From assembly GCF_002113885.1 (NCBI RefSeq), contig NW_018408421.1, forward strand, positions 6,694-70,693: a stretch of DNA of 64,000 bases. The letters run 5' to 3'. This stretch comes from Mizuhopecten yessoensis (taxonomy: Eukaryota). Shown piece after piece: positions 13,275 to 26,012 of the stretch. The notes below the pieces were generated by a model, which saw only the letters and a list, made by a program, of their open reading frames with translations, had not been told where the DNA came from and did not search any database. Within the stretch, counting starts at the first letter, position 1. Every line of letters starts with the position of its first letter. Made by a program: the position numbers and the translations under genes.

Positions 13275-14225
13275 TCGTGGCATCGTGTTGTCTGGGAATC
13301 ACCTTGGTGACATCATGTTGTCTGCAGGTCACTATAGTGACACAATATTGTCTGGGATTCACCCATCTTCGCTAGCCAAGTGTTCGCTTCGTATAACCTT
13401 TTGATTACCCTTGGCTGAAAAAGCTGTGTTTTCCGAGCCTTTAAATTATCGCGCGGCGCCAATCGCTTGCATCCAATGAAATTACATCTTACATATAGCG
13501 CTGTTGACCTTTGTCAACAGTAATGGCGACGCCCTGTATGGAATCACATTGTTTATTTCAGAGTGTTTTGCCCCAAAAAAGTAGGCGCACAATCTTTGGG
13601 GACATTTTTGGAGTGTTAAATCAGTTGGTGGAAATACTTGACTACGAAGTGCCACATGTAAATGATGACCTGGGAAAATATGTGTGCTGCCATTGTTGGA
13701 ACAAACTCAACAAGCTTTCTGAAATGAAGCATGACATTTTGGCCAAACTTGAGGCATTAAAAACAGAATGGCAAACCTTGATTGGAAATTTAAAGTAAGC
13801 TCACAGATCAGGACTATCAGGTGGACAAAGTGTGAACGTAGCGGTAACACCAAAATAAAAAAAGCATGCTATGATTCAATCCCAACTCCCCAGAAAATTA
13901 CACATACACGTGCTTATGTCAACACCACCGATGGAGTGAGCGTGTATGTAACAGTCATTGTGATTGGTTAAAAGGTTTTTGATAGAAGAGCAATAACTCG
14001 GTATATCCGCTAGGTAGCAGTGGAGGGAGTTACGAAAACACGCCTATATCTGCCAAGGGTAACTGGAGTGTATACGAAGCAAACACTTGGCTAGCGAAGA
14101 TGGGATTCACCATGGTGACATCATGTTGTCTGGGATTCACCATGGTGACATCATGTTGTCTGGGAGTCATCATGGTGACATCATGTTGTCTGGGAGTCAC
14201 CATGGTGACATCATGTTGTCTGAGG
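13275..14225. repeat. 30-bp tandem units (TGGGATTCACCATGGTGACATCATGTTGTC) split by a TIR insertion
   Basis: About 3 degenerate units at 13275-13363 and 4 units at 14103-14225. Confidence 0.85.
13364..14102 (+). mobile_element. 739-bp non-autonomous DNA transposon, 32-bp TIRs, probable 9-bp TSD (AcademH-like, inferred)
   Basis: CATCTTCGCTAGCCAAGTGTTCGCTTCGTATA ... TATACGAAGCAAACACTTGGCTAGCGAAGATG; GGATTCACC at 13355-13363 and 14103-14111; internal ORF 13511-13798 with Cys motif KYVCCHCWNKL. Confidence 0.85.
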
Positions 14226-14540
14226 ATCATCCATCTTTGATACTCCAGTGGTTATGCTCACATTCACTCTCTGCACCAAGGCAAATATCTAGCAAGCTGA
14301 TTGGTCTCAGGTTAAATAACCTGACTAATCGCTAGGCTGACACCTGTCTTTTGAAGATTACAGACGAGTGGCACCCAACTTCAAAGCCAGCCAATTTTTT
14401 TATGGGTATCAAAGGAACAAACTAGTCTTCTCGTCTCATCCAGAAGGTGGGGCACACTGAGCCTTCACTTTTTTCGTTACATATTCCAGGCATGTAGAGA
14501 AGGTAGGTGAGTGTTACCTCCGGTATATCAAGGATGGCGA

Positions 14541-15740
14541 TCACCATTTGTGACATCATTTTGTCTGGGAATCCCTATGGTGATGACATGTTGTCCAGGA
14601 ATCACCATAGTGAACTAATGTCTGGGAATCACCATTGTGACATGTTGTCCGGGAAACACCATTGTGTCATGTTGTCTGGGAACCACCATTGTGTCATATT
14701 GTCCGGGAACCACCATTGTGTCATGTGGTCCGGGAACCACCATTGTGTCATGTTGTCCGGGAAACACCATTGTGTCATGTTGTCCGGGAACCACCATTGT
14801 GTCATGTTGTCCAGGAATCACCATAGTGAACTAATGTCTGGGAATCACCATTGTGACATGTTGTCCGGGAACCACCATTGTGACATGTTGTGCGGGAACC
14901 ACCATTGTGACATGTTGTGCGGGAACCACCATTGTGTCATGTTGTCCAGGAATCACCATAGTGAACTAATGTCTGGGAATCACCATTGTGACATGTTGTC
15001 CGGGAACCACCATTGTGACATGTTGTGCGGTGAACCACCATTGTGACATGTTGTCCGGTGAACCACCATTGTGACATGTTGTCTGGTGAACCAGCATTGT
15101 GACATGTTGTCCGGGAACCACCATTGTGACATCTTGTCCGGGAACCACCATTGTGTCATGTTGTCCGGGGAACCACCATTGTGACATGTTGTGCGGGAAC
15201 CACCATTGTGACATGTTGTCCGGGAACCACCATTGTGACATCTTGTCCGGGAACCACCATTGTGTCATGTTGTCCGGTGAACCACCATTGTGACATGTTG
15301 TGCGGGAACCACCATTTTGACATGTTGTCCGGGAACCACCATTGTGACATGTTGTCCGGGAACCACCATTGTGACATGTTGTGCGGGAACCACCATTGTG
15401 ACATGTTGTCCGGGAACCACCATTGTGACATGTTGTGCTGGAACCACCATTGTGACATGTTGTGGGGGAACCACCATTGTGACATGTTGTCCGGTGAACC
15501 ACCATTGTGGCATGTTGTCCGGGAACCACCATTGTGACATGTTGTCCGGGAACCACCATTTTGACATGTTGACTGGGAACCACCATTGTGACATGTTGTC
15601 CGGTGAACCACCATTGTGAAATGTTGTGCGGGAACCTCCATTGTGACATGTTGACCGGTGAACCACCATGGTGACATGTTGTCCGGTGAACCACCATTGT
15701 GACATGTTGTCCGGGAACCACCATTGTGACATGTTGCCTT
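14541..15740. repeat. 27/28-bp minisatellite, roughly 42 copies
   Basis: Unit GGGAACCACCATTGTGACATGTTGTCC; 28-bp variant GGTGAACC; a recurring AGGAATCACCATAGTGAACTAATGTCT variant near 14597, 14812 and 14948. Confidence 0.95.
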
Positions 15741-16444
15741 GGAATGACCATGTATGTTGACATAATTTTGTTTGGCAATCATTATAGTGACAGCATTAAC
15801 TACATGCCCCTGGATCATAAAACAAGCTTAATTCTAAAACTGTCTCAAGTTTTGACTTAACCAATCACAAATACTGTTATGAAAAATGATGTCATACGTG
15901 ATTGGCTAAGCAAAAAAATAAGTCCAAGATTTCATGATCCTGGGGCCTGGTTTATAAAATAGATTGATTGTAATGTTGAGTGTGCGGAAATGTTTGGTAT
16001 GCATGATTTTGACTTATTAAACAATTAAGATAAACATTTCATATATACCTTTTGTTTTTAGAAATAAATGTTTTTGACTATCTATGCTTTTATTTAGTGA
16101 TCTATGGTTATCACAGTCATTTGTCATCAACCTAATATTTCTTTAAACTTCAGATAATCTTCAAAGATCCAAACGCACCAGATATGGTATATCAGTTGCT
16201 TTCTTGTAAAATAGTTATTATTGACATTTGTGACCATATTATATGTGTGGCACGATGAATCAATGTTACATATCAGTAATTATAGCATGTAAATATGTTA
16301 TTCAACACTACATACTCATCATGTAAAATTATATGTGGTATTTTATTGATTTGCCTATTGAGAACAAATGAATATTTATCTTTAAGAAATTTAAACCGAT
16401 TATTGTGTAGGCATATAACATATCTGTTCTGTGATATAAGAAGT

Positions 16445-16755
16445 TATGAGGAACTAGACAAAGTTGATCACTGGCGATCATGTGTCCGTCTAGAGTCTGA
16501 GGGTTCTGGGTTTGAATCCCAGTCTGGCATGGCTGTGCATTTCTCTCCTGCTACTTTTGGCACCCAACAAAGTTTACCAACATAAGACGGTATAAAATCT
16601 GGTGTATCTTCAGCATCAAAGACTTTGTATTAGGAGGAAGGGATGTAGCGGAACTAGACTCGGTTTTTCGCCGACGACCAGATAGTTCAATTGGTTTGAG
16701 CGTCTGTTTAATAGTTCAAATCCTGGTCTGGCTGTGCAATCTTTCTTTTGTCACA
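16445..16755 (+). mobile_element. TRIM (terminal-repeat retrotransposon in miniature) with tRNA-like terminal repeats
   Basis: Direct repeats about 16445-16555 and 16644-16755 (GGAACTAGAC...GGCTGTGCA), PBS TGGCACCCAAC 16558-16568 (tRNA-Lys-like, one mismatch), PPT AGGAGGAAGGGA 16632-16643, TSD GAAGT at 16440-16444 and 16756-16760. Confidence 0.75.
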
Positions 16756-17054
16756 GAAGTAAAATATCAAGAATTCAGGTATCTAAGATGGCTTTAAGGT
16801 GTACATAAGGTTTTTAAGTTATTACAAATATCTTCATATTGTAATTGTTTTTTAAATTTCCAAAAATAAACATTTTCATGTAGAGCCGTTTGCATTCATT
16901 ATGTTTGGTATAGTTTATAAATTTATGTTGGTGTTGCTAAATTATATGAAATGAATCGGATGTAAAGGTACAGGTCTGATGCGTTTCTTCCTTATCAACA
17001 AAGATGGCTCCTGCGAAAAAGATGACTTACACAAACATAATATCATATCTAATT

Positions 17055-17480
17055 GGTTTAATTTTGTTTAACATCTATTAACAGCTAAGGTCAATTAGGG
17101 ACGTGCCTCCATGTGTGTAGTGTATGCGTGCTTGGGTGTGTGTATGCAGGAGACGGGGAATGTTAGTGTGCTTGCCTCCTTGTGATAGCGCGGATCTGAT
17201 GCCGACTTTATAGTGCTATCTCACTGAGATGCCATGCCGAAGGCACCAAGCACAGCATTCCGCCCGGTCACCTTATACTGACAACGAGTGAACCAGTTGT
17301 TGCCATTCCCCTTAATGCTGAACGTTAAGCAGGGAATAACAACTACCATTTTTTAAGGACTTCGGTATGTCCCGACCTGGGAATAGAACCTATTGCCTTC
17401 CTCACCTGGGCAAACACTCAACATTAATGCCAAAAGAGAGGTGTTGGCAAGCAAGGCGCTAGGAAATAAAGGTTGAAGTA
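17055..17480 (-). mobile_element. tRNA-derived SINE (Meta-SINE-like)
   Basis: Minus strand shows B-box-like GGTTCTATTCCC, central ...GCTTAACGTTCAGCATTAAGG, GCACTATAAAGTCGGC, and tail ACGTCC.TAA.TGACCTTAGCTGTTAATAG; near-identical copy at 24793-25190. Confidence 0.75.
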
Positions 17481-17519
17481 AAATAACAATAATAATAATA
17501 ATTTTTGAGGAATTCGCAG

Positions 17520-17858
17520 GAGCTGCCTTATCAGGCGCTAACTACTAGTCCTATGCCACCTGGCTAATATCTCCCTATGTATGCATGCCTGCATATGTGC
17601 TGGAGATGTATTGTGTTCTGTTTGTAGTGGGACCGTGCTTCTAACGGCATCTTTTATAGTGCCATCTCACTTGAATGCTACATCACAGATACCGCAACAT
17701 CCACCCCAGACCATTTTACACTCCACCTGGGTTGTTGGAGTTGTGTGGGCAGGAGAAACACACTTTCTCTTATATTCCATGCGTGCGACGACTTCGGAGA
17801 TCGAACCCCGGCCGCCTGCGTGGAAGGCCGAAGTGTTAACCACTCGACTAATCCGCCC
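17520..17858 (-). mobile_element. SINE with tRNA-Gly-like head
   Basis: Minus strand GGGCGGATTAGTCGAGTGGTTAACACTTCGGCCTTCCACGCAGGCGGCCGGGGTTCGATCTCCG has A and B boxes but no acceptor stem; body shares GCACTATAAAA with the neighbouring SINE. Confidence 0.65.
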
Positions 17859-18013
17859 ACAGTTTGCATACCAAATTGTGTGCAAGATATGTCAGAAATC
17901 AGTCTAGAAACTGGGAGAAAATTTGTAACTCGGCGCAAAGAACATTAAAAGTTTGTAGAATGCTAGAATTTGCTTTTGTGACCTCTTCTTTGAGAGATGA
18001 AAAAAACACTATA

Positions 18014-19227
18014 TTTTTAGCTCACCTGCCCGAAGGGCAAGTGAGCTTATGCCTTACCCCGGCGTCCGGCGTCAATTTTTCCCTTTAAAAGCCTTTATCT
18101 CCTAAACAACTGATTGGATTTTAACTAAATTTGATATGAATCATCCTTGGGACCAGGGGCTCAATGGATTTATGAAATAAGGGTGTGGCCCCCTAGGGGG
18201 TTTAGGTAGAGGCCAAAAAGGGGAGAAATTAGAAAAAAATAAAAAATCTTCTTCTCCATATCCAGAAATGCTAAAACAAAATAATACTCATAGTTGTAAA
18301 TGTCTTTGGATGGTTAATAAAAATTGTGATTTTCATGTCTACCAATTCAAGCCCCCCGTTTGCCCCTGGTGAGGGGGTGAAATTTAGTATAGTTTATATA
18401 GGAAATACACATAATAGGCCATATCTTCCAATGTTTGGAGCATTGCTGGTATAATATTTATGAGTCTGATCCCCTAGGGGGCTGAGTTAGGGGCCAAAAA
18501 GGGGAGAAATTTGGGAAAATTTAAAAAGTCTTCTTCCTAGTTACAAAAATGCCAGGATCAAATACTACCCATAGCTGTAAAAGCATTTGAGTGGTTTATA
18601 AAAAATGTGATTTTCATGTCTACCAGGCCCCTCCATTTGCCCCTGGTGAGGGGGTGAAATTAAGTATAGTTTATATAGAAAATATACATAATAGGCCATA
18701 TCTTCCAATGTTTGGAACGGAGTTTGCTCATATTTGACAGAAATACTTGTAAGGGGAGGAAGGTATGCTGGTATTAATTTTGTGACCCTGACCCCCTAGG
18801 GGACTGGGTTTGGGGTGAAAAAGGAGGCATGTTTCAAAAATCTTCTCTTGCAGATCCAGAAATGCTAGTATCAAATACTACTCATAGTTGTAAAGGCCTT
18901 CGAGTGGTTTATATACTTTGTGATTTTCATGTGCCCAATGTCCCTTGTTTGGCTTTGGAGAGGGGGTAAAGTTTGGTATTTTTTATATAGACAATTTGAC
19001 AAATGAACAGCCATCACATACTTTTTATCTCCAACCCAACTAATGTGCTAGTAATAGTAACAACCTTAATTCTTAATGAATTATAAAGTCTCCATAGTAA
19101 CGCTTCCAAGTTCTTACCCTGCATGTCTGAAGTGGTTACAAATTGGCATTACAGAGCAAATGTAAATATTGTGCCATGATTGCTTAAATAACCAGGTGAG
19201 CGATACAGGCCCCCTGGGCCTCTTGTT
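18014..19227 (+). mobile_element. Non-autonomous Helitron/Helentron (HINE-type) with ~300-bp core repeats
   Basis: TTTTTAGCTCACCTG...GTGAGC 5' end, CAGGTGAGC subterminal inverted repeat, AGGCCC/GGGCCT hairpin and CTTGTT 3' end; CCCCTAGGGG cores near 18190, 18471, 18792. Confidence 0.85.
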
Positions 19228-19378
19228 CATAAACACGATGGTTAGTCTTTATATCAGAATACAATATTTTTGAAATAATAAAGTTTAGGAACTTCTCGCT
19301 TTGCGTAAATGAAATAAGACGTCACCTGACATGATAAGTACCCATGGAGTTAACCATTTTTATCAGAATGAAGACGTG

Positions 19379-20442
19379 CTTTTAGATCACCTGGCCCGAA
19401 GGGCCAAGTGAGCTTATGCCGTGGTGCCGGCGTCCATCGTCAATATTTAAACAACTTCTTCTTAATAACCAAAATGTCCAGGGTGATGATATTTTGCCAG
19501 TAGCATGCTGGGATAAAGGGCTACTAAGTTTGTTCAAATGAATGACCTTCGTCCATTTTCAAGGTCACAGGGGTCAATTGTCTTAAAAAGTTTTTTAACA
19601 ACTTCTTCTGAATAATCAAGAGGCCTAGGATAATGATATTTGGCCAGTAACATGTTGGGTTAAAGGGCTACCAAGTTTGTTCTATTGAATGACCTTTGCT
19701 TATATTGAAGGTCACAGAGCTCAAATATGGTTAAAACCTTTGAACAACTTCTTCTCAATAACCAGAAGGCCTAGGATGATGCTATTTGGCCAGTAGCATG
19801 CTGTGATGAAGGGCTACCAAATTTGTTCTATTGAATGACCTTTGCTTATATTGAAGGTCACAGGGGTCAAATATGATTAAAACCTTTGAACATCTTCTCA
19901 ATAACCCAAAGTCCTAGGATGATGATATTTGGCCAGTAGCATGCTGGGATAAAGGGCAACCAGGTTTGTTCAAATGAATGAACTTTACATATATTCAAGG
20001 TCACAGGGGTCAAATATGTTTAAAATCTTTAAACGACTTCTTCTCAATAAGCAAAAGGCCAAGAGTGAAGATATTTGGTCATTTACATGCTAGGATGAAG
20101 GGCTACCAAGTTTGTTAAAATGAATGACCTTCGCCCATATTCAAGGTAAGAGTGGTCAATATATGTTTAAATCTTTAAATGACTTGTTCTGTATAACCAA
20201 AAGGTCCAGGATAATGATATTTTGCCAAAAGCATGCTGGGTTGGAAGATTATAAACTCTGTTCACCCTAATGTTCTTGTTAGACATTCAAAGTCACAGGC
20301 GTCATATGTTTAAATCTTTTAATAGGTTCTTATGAATCAAACACTGATATTGTGTCTGCAGCTGTATTTTGGTCCATTTTTAAGATTACAAGTGCGAGAT
20401 TAATACCAGGTGAGCGGTTCAGGCCCATTGGGCCTCTTGTTT
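19379..20442 (+). mobile_element. Non-autonomous Helitron/Helentron (HINE-type) with ~6 core repeats of ~147 bp
   Basis: Same terminal architecture; cores AAC(A/G)ACTTCTTCTC...CAAGGTCACAGGGGTCAA. Confidence 0.88.
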
Positions 20443-21859
20443 TAAAAATGAACTGCGTGTCTTGCAGTTCGCAGCTGTTTAAAAAATATTTCACTTGACA
20501 AAATGACCATTGTTGTTTTCCATGAAATAGGTAAATTAAAATTATTTGGACAATATGGGTGCTTGGTGACCAAACTGTATGATTGACTATTGGATGATAA
20601 CTAAGCAAGATGGGGTTATCTCAGTCGAGGGCTAAGATTCTGTAACATAACCCCTACCGAGGTGTCAGGTAAGTGATTTTTTTTCTCGTACCTTTCAGTT
20701 AGAAAAACAATTCAATTTCTCTATTGTCTACAAGTATCGCGCCAGTGACCTCGAATAAACACGGTGTCTTCACTACTAAAGTTACATTTGAACGCTTCCG
20801 CTAAAATATTGTAGTGCTTCCTTACAAATACGGAAACGTATTTTTCAGTGTAGATTATATTTTATTTACAACATCAGGAATCGAACAACATCAAAGCATA
20901 TTACGACAAAACAGATTATTTACATTGTCAAAATCGAGCGGGGAGGCTTACATCGCTCTTACACTTGATAAATGTTACACCCTGATCTTTCTTTATCCCA
21001 CTGCTTGTTATCCTAAGAGGCAACTCATGTGTCCCTTCACGCAGAACTGTTATCTTTCCTCGTTGTCTTCTGCTTTACATTGAAAATCTAAAATGTTCTT
21101 TTCTGTCGTGCCCACTCCTTTATCGGCCCCTAAAGCAACCGTCTCCATATGAACTCAATTGTTGCATGAGCGTTAATTGTACCGTTTAGAAAACAAAGCA
21201 AAATTAACAAAATATTTGAAGAACGTAGTGCTCGGTAGATGTAACAAGAAATGCAATGAAACATCTTAGACAAGGAGGTGATAACGTTTCAATATCATAA
21301 AATCTGAAAACTGAGTTTGTAAAGTAATTTTATCTTATTTTATCAGATCATGGAGTGCTGAACAAAGGCGTATTGCAAGTGTGTCAAGAAATATACTGTA
21401 ATGGTAAATAAATAGTGAAAATGGAAAACTAAAAATGTATGCGGTAATTCAATTTGTCCTTTTCTAAGTGTTCAATAAGGTTCCCTATAGTACGGTAAAA
21501 ACTGCAGCTACGCATTCGAAAAGGTTTTCTATACATAACATAATTGTAATAAATGATTTCAGAAAAGAAGAACGCGAATCGTTCTTTCGGGAGTGCATTT
21601 CGAAGTTCCCTGCTCATTCACAGCAAATATTGTATCTCAAATAAATGCAAAATTACTTTTCTATGGATCTCGAGCAACGTTGGAATGAACGGAGCAGCTA
21701 AAATGCATTAAACGCGGCACATCGATATCAAACATTTACAGATTTTAAACCCATTTTACGATTGGCTATTCAAAGCGATTGACAGCAACGATAGTCTCTC
21801 GATATTGGCAACAACCTTTTTAAAGTGCAACCAAAACTTAAAATTTGTTTGCCCAGTCT

Positions 21860-22005
21860 AAGACCCCGCTGAGGGGAGGTTGCCCTCTCTTGGATCCGTA
21901 CTGGTCATACTAAGCTCACACATGCTTCTCTGCTTAATGGGAGAGATCCACCAACATGCCACGCCTGTGACTCCATTTACAGTGGAGCACATTTTAATAG
22001 AATGT
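21860..22005 (+). mobile_element. Relic of I-group (Nimb/Ingi-like) LINE ORF2 C-terminal zinc knuckle
   Basis: Translates R*GEVALSWIRTGHTKLTHASLLNGRDPPTCHACD / PFTVEHILIEC with one stop and one frameshift. Confidence 0.75.
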
Positions 22006-22132
22006 TGTTTTTTATGTCACGAACATGTAAACCCTTTACACTTCGGTAGACTTGGAGCTATTACTAAAATATGTAAAAGAAATTTGACTGTTTTACAAAC
22101 CTATTAACCAACATGACTCTATTTACTGCATT

Positions 22133-22322
22133 TATTCCGTCTTTGCGTATTGCAGAGTTATCTTCTCTTGGGAGGAGGGATTGATTGTTACGTCACTTGT
22201 TTGTGAGAGTAACGTCATCAATTTTTGAGAAAACGACGTAATTTTCTCGCACAAATCAATGACGCAACAATCAATACCTGTTCCCAAGAGAAGATAACTC
22301 TGTAATACGCAAAGACGGAATA
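22133..22322. mobile_element. Foldback MITE (~190-bp near-complete palindrome), TA-flanked
   Basis: TATTCCGTCTTTGCGTATTGCAGAGTTATCTTCTCTTGGGA pairs with TCCCAAGAGAAGATAACTCTGTAATACGCAAAGACGGAATA; inner arms also complementary. Confidence 0.85.
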
Positions 22323-22571
22323 CATAAACTTTTCTCATTTCAATCTTTACATGAAACTACTAACTGAATTTTGGAATTTTACTCATTCAGTTTCTTACCC
22401 GTTTCTTAGCTGATCATGTTGCTTATTTTATAAGATGTATGAGTTTTATATTTTGTTTTCTCAAATGGTCATTTTAAAAGATAATTCGTTCCCTATATGA
22501 CTATACTTTAAACACAAACAAACAAACGAAAGAAACATATCTGACGGGGTATCCTCTGATGCAATACTGTA

Positions 22572-23179
22572 AGGTGACAATACCCAAATCGGATCACCAA
22601 ACCATCATTTTATTAAATCATTGAAAAATCTGTGAAGGAATTATATTCATTTATGGTTGTATCAAAAATAGAATATCGATGGATGTTCTCACAAACGAAA
22701 TTAGCACCCGGGGCTCACTTGAGATATTTATAGAACGCTGAAGTCACCAATCAGCGTCTCCGGTTTTTGCGAATGTCGGGACCCAAATCAGATCACGGCT
22801 TGAATTTTGCAGTATCTTACGCTTCAAATGAATTTTTTTTGTCAGCATCTTAACATTTTATGATGACCTTTAGATTTTATATGGCAAAAAGTATTTCTAT
22901 TGTGTGAATTTATTCCTATTGTCCAAAACAGTGCATAGTCGTCGCACGCGCCATTTTTTAAAAACGTAATCAAAACATTGACATTTGAGTTTAAATTACG
23001 TTTTCTTGTGCTATTTGAACTTAAATACTAATTATCTGAAGTCAAAAAATAGTGCATGGCTATCTATTCTACGACTACATCATTGTTATAACTGATTTGT
23101 TGACGCATTATTTATTTATAAGTATTTTTGCAAAAAGTGATCCGATTTGGGTACCGATCCGATTTGGGTACTGCCACCT
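22572..23179. mobile_element. 608-bp MITE with TA TSD
   Basis: TA-AGGTGACAATACCCAAATCGGATC ... GATCCGATTTGGGTACTGCCACCT-TA. Confidence 0.8.
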
Positions 23180-23679
23180 TATATCGAGAAAAGTAAGACT
23201 TTCACCCCTCGCCCACGAAATTAATTTTCGTCCGGTGTAAATTTCGGCTTTCACATTAAATAACCATAAATGCTATGTTGTTTACTGATATTGACTGTAA
23301 TGATAAATGAGTCCTCACAACGGAGGGCAAAAAGGAAGAAAATAAACTGCAACGAACATTTCTGGTGTACAGTGAATAAAATAGAAATAAAAATATATCC
23401 GATAATATGTAACATAGGAGAACAGATGTAACATGACCACACAAGGATTCGAACCCTGGAACTACAAACCAAGTAACGGTCACTCTCACCATAACCACTG
23501 AGCCAACTAGTCACTGGTTAATTCCTGATCCAATTCCACTACAGTTGTATCCGTGACGAAATGTAGGCGAGATGAGTCAATATGAGGAAAATAACAACTA
23601 CACCCGATTTCTGTATCGTTAAAAACGGCCTTTCTATATTTGATTTGGTTTGGTTTAATTTTGTTTAACGTCCTATTAA

Positions 23680-24792
23680 AGGGACATCACGCGAAAAGCC
23701 ATTTTTTTTTTAATGAATGTATGTATTGTATGCACTTCCACTTATGTTACCTCGCTATCCCCATATTCATAGTCCGTTCCAAATGTCCAGTTTGACCACT
23801 TGAATTGTTCGGGAAAGCCCTGCTAAAAATAGCGCCGGCGTCAGGCAACTGCAACTTTCTACCGCACTATGAAACCAAGTAATATGATTTCTAAGTCCGT
23901 ATTAAAACTTATTGAACAGTAGTTATTCATCATTATAAGTTAATTGCACACTTGCCAATATTCAGAATTTAAATTTATTTAGCTTTAAACATATTTCTTG
24001 ACAATAAAATTGAACAAGGGATGGGGCACACGTTTTTACAATTTATCACGGGCTTCTCCCGTCATACATTTACAATTAAATGTCAACAATGATAATAGGC
24101 ATAAACATAAAGTATATATATATAAATATGTATTGAATTTAGTACCGGAATGTGACATCTGTACGGGGCTAAACACCTTTCTTCAACCATGGGACAAACC
24201 TTTCTGTAAAAAGGATTATTCACGAGACGAATATTCCTTTTCAAATGTTTTCATAAAGTGCATATATCCAATGACAAACTACACGCGTATAAAAAAANNN
24301 NNNNNNNNNNNNNNNNNNNNNNNNNNNNNNNNNNNNNNNNNNNNNNNNNNNNNNNNNNNNNNNNNNNNNNNNNNNNNNNNNNNNNNNNNNNNNNNNNNNN
24401 NNNNNNNNNNNNNNNNNNNNNNNNNNNNNNNNNNNNNNNNNNNNNNNNNNNNNNNNNNNNNNNNNNNNNNNNNNNNNNNNNNNNNNNNNNNNNNNNNNNN
24501 NNNNNNNNNNNNNNNNNNNNNNNNNNNNNNNNNNNNNNNGCTTACTTCACACGGCCAGTCATTTTGTTTACAAAGAAATGGTGTGCTATGCGCATGCGCT
24601 AGTAGAGGGAAATCCCTGAACAAAACGTTGGTCAGACAGGTAGAAATACCGATGATTATCTTAGATTTAATCATTTTTATGAATCTATTTCAGCCAAATC
24701 CGATCGTTATTTTCCATAAGGAGTCTCACTTGATATGTTTATGTAGTATTTGAAAAAAAGACCAAAAAAATAGTTACTTCACCGTGATGCCC
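23680..24792. mobile_element. Kolobok-like non-autonomous DNA transposon (contains assembly gap)
   Basis: TTAA-AGGGACATCACG ... CGTGATGCCC; second copy 26232-27967 ends CGTGATGTCCCT-TTAA. Confidence 0.7.
24298..24539. other. Assembly gap (242 N)
   Basis: Run of N. Confidence 1.
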
Positions 24793-25844
24793 CAGCTAAG
24801 GTCATTTAAGGACGTGCCTCCATGTGTGCAGTGTATGCGTGCTTGCGTGTGTGTATGCAGGAGACAGGATATGTTGGTGTGCTTGCCTCCTTTTGAAAGC
24901 GCGGATCTGATGCTGACTTTATAGTGCTATCTCACTGAAATACCATGCCGACGGCACCCAGCACAGCATTCCGCCCGGACTTATTATACTGACAACTGGT
25001 GAACCAGTTGTTGCCATTTCTCCTTAATGCTGAACGTTAAGCAGGGAATAACAACTAACATTTTAAGGACTTTGGTATGTCCCGTCCTGGGGAGAGAACC
25101 CATTGCCTTCCTAACCTGGGCGAACGCTCAACATTAAGGCAAATAGTGAGGTGTTGCAAAGTAAGGCGTTAGGAAATAAAAGGTAGTTAGAAGTGTTCCC
25201 AAATAGAGGGTACCGAATTAGTCGCCTCCTACGATACATGCAGTGGATAACAGCAGGTGTATTCTTTTCCCGATCCCCCACCTGCCTTCCTTTATATGGG
25301 ACCAACATGAACAGTATCATAATCTCACGTGATGGGAAAACAGCTCACCTATTGTGCTTTACTGAACCTGTCCATGTCTTATACAATACCGCATGGCAGT
25401 TTCTAAGTAGGTTTAGAAAACAATACGACAAAGTCAACAAATCAATAAGCGCAACATTGTATGTAAGTAACTTTTCTTGATTACATGTGGTTTTCAACTT
25501 TCTAAATGGTCAATATATTGAAAACATGTAGGTGGAACATTAAATATTGGAATGTTTTACAATATAAATTCCTATTTAGAGCGATTTAAAAGTGATAACT
25601 CAAACTAGGAAAATGGAAATCAAAAATAAATAATTCAAATTAACTGAATAGCATACAGGTATAAAATCAATCAAAACACATGCATGTTTGCGACTCGCTA
25701 ATGGAGTACAATTTGTACGTCCACGCGAATCCATCTTAACTTGTATTGACTTTGTATAGCGTTACCTACTGTACTATTGGATATCGTATTCAATATAAAT
25801 TCTCATATACACTTACAAATCCCTTAATCGTCTCACACCTGCAG

Positions 25845-26000
25845 GTTGGTGAGATAGCACTATAAAGTCGGAGTTAGATCCACGCTATCACAAGGTGCCA
25901 ATTACACCAACACACCCTGCCTCCAGCACACACACACACGTGCACGCATACACAACACACATGGAGGCACGTCCTTAAATCATCTTAGCTGTTGATAGAA
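25845..26000 (+). mobile_element. 3' fragment of the same SINE family
   Basis: GAGATAGCACTATAAAGTCGG...(CA)n...GGAGGCACGTCCTTAAAT..CTTAGCTGTTGATAG. Confidence 0.7.
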
Positions 26001-26012
26001 CCCTATGTAATC

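Larger units (their letters stand above)
23642..25190 (-). mobile_element. Meta-SINE-like element interrupted by a TTAA-targeting DNA transposon
   Basis: SINE tail ...AACGTCCTATTAA (23642-23679) resumes as CAGCTAAGGTCATTTAAGGACG at about 24793; colinear with the uninterrupted copy at 17055. Confidence 0.75.

Noticed and set aside
14620-15736. p53 half-site-like TGACATGTTG in each unit
   Set aside because: Only 8/10 match and the half-sites are not adjacent.
14507-15818. His/Cys-rich ORFs (MLSGNHHCD)n resembling metal-binding proteins
   Set aside because: Translations of a 27-bp satellite; open in several frames on both strands and shifted by 28-bp units.
17785-17858. tRNA-Gly gene on the minus strand
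   Set aside because: Acceptor stem does not pair and the sequence continues into a SINE body.
23998-24753. Long ORFs of 114-251 aa
   Set aside because: Open only because they span the N gap.
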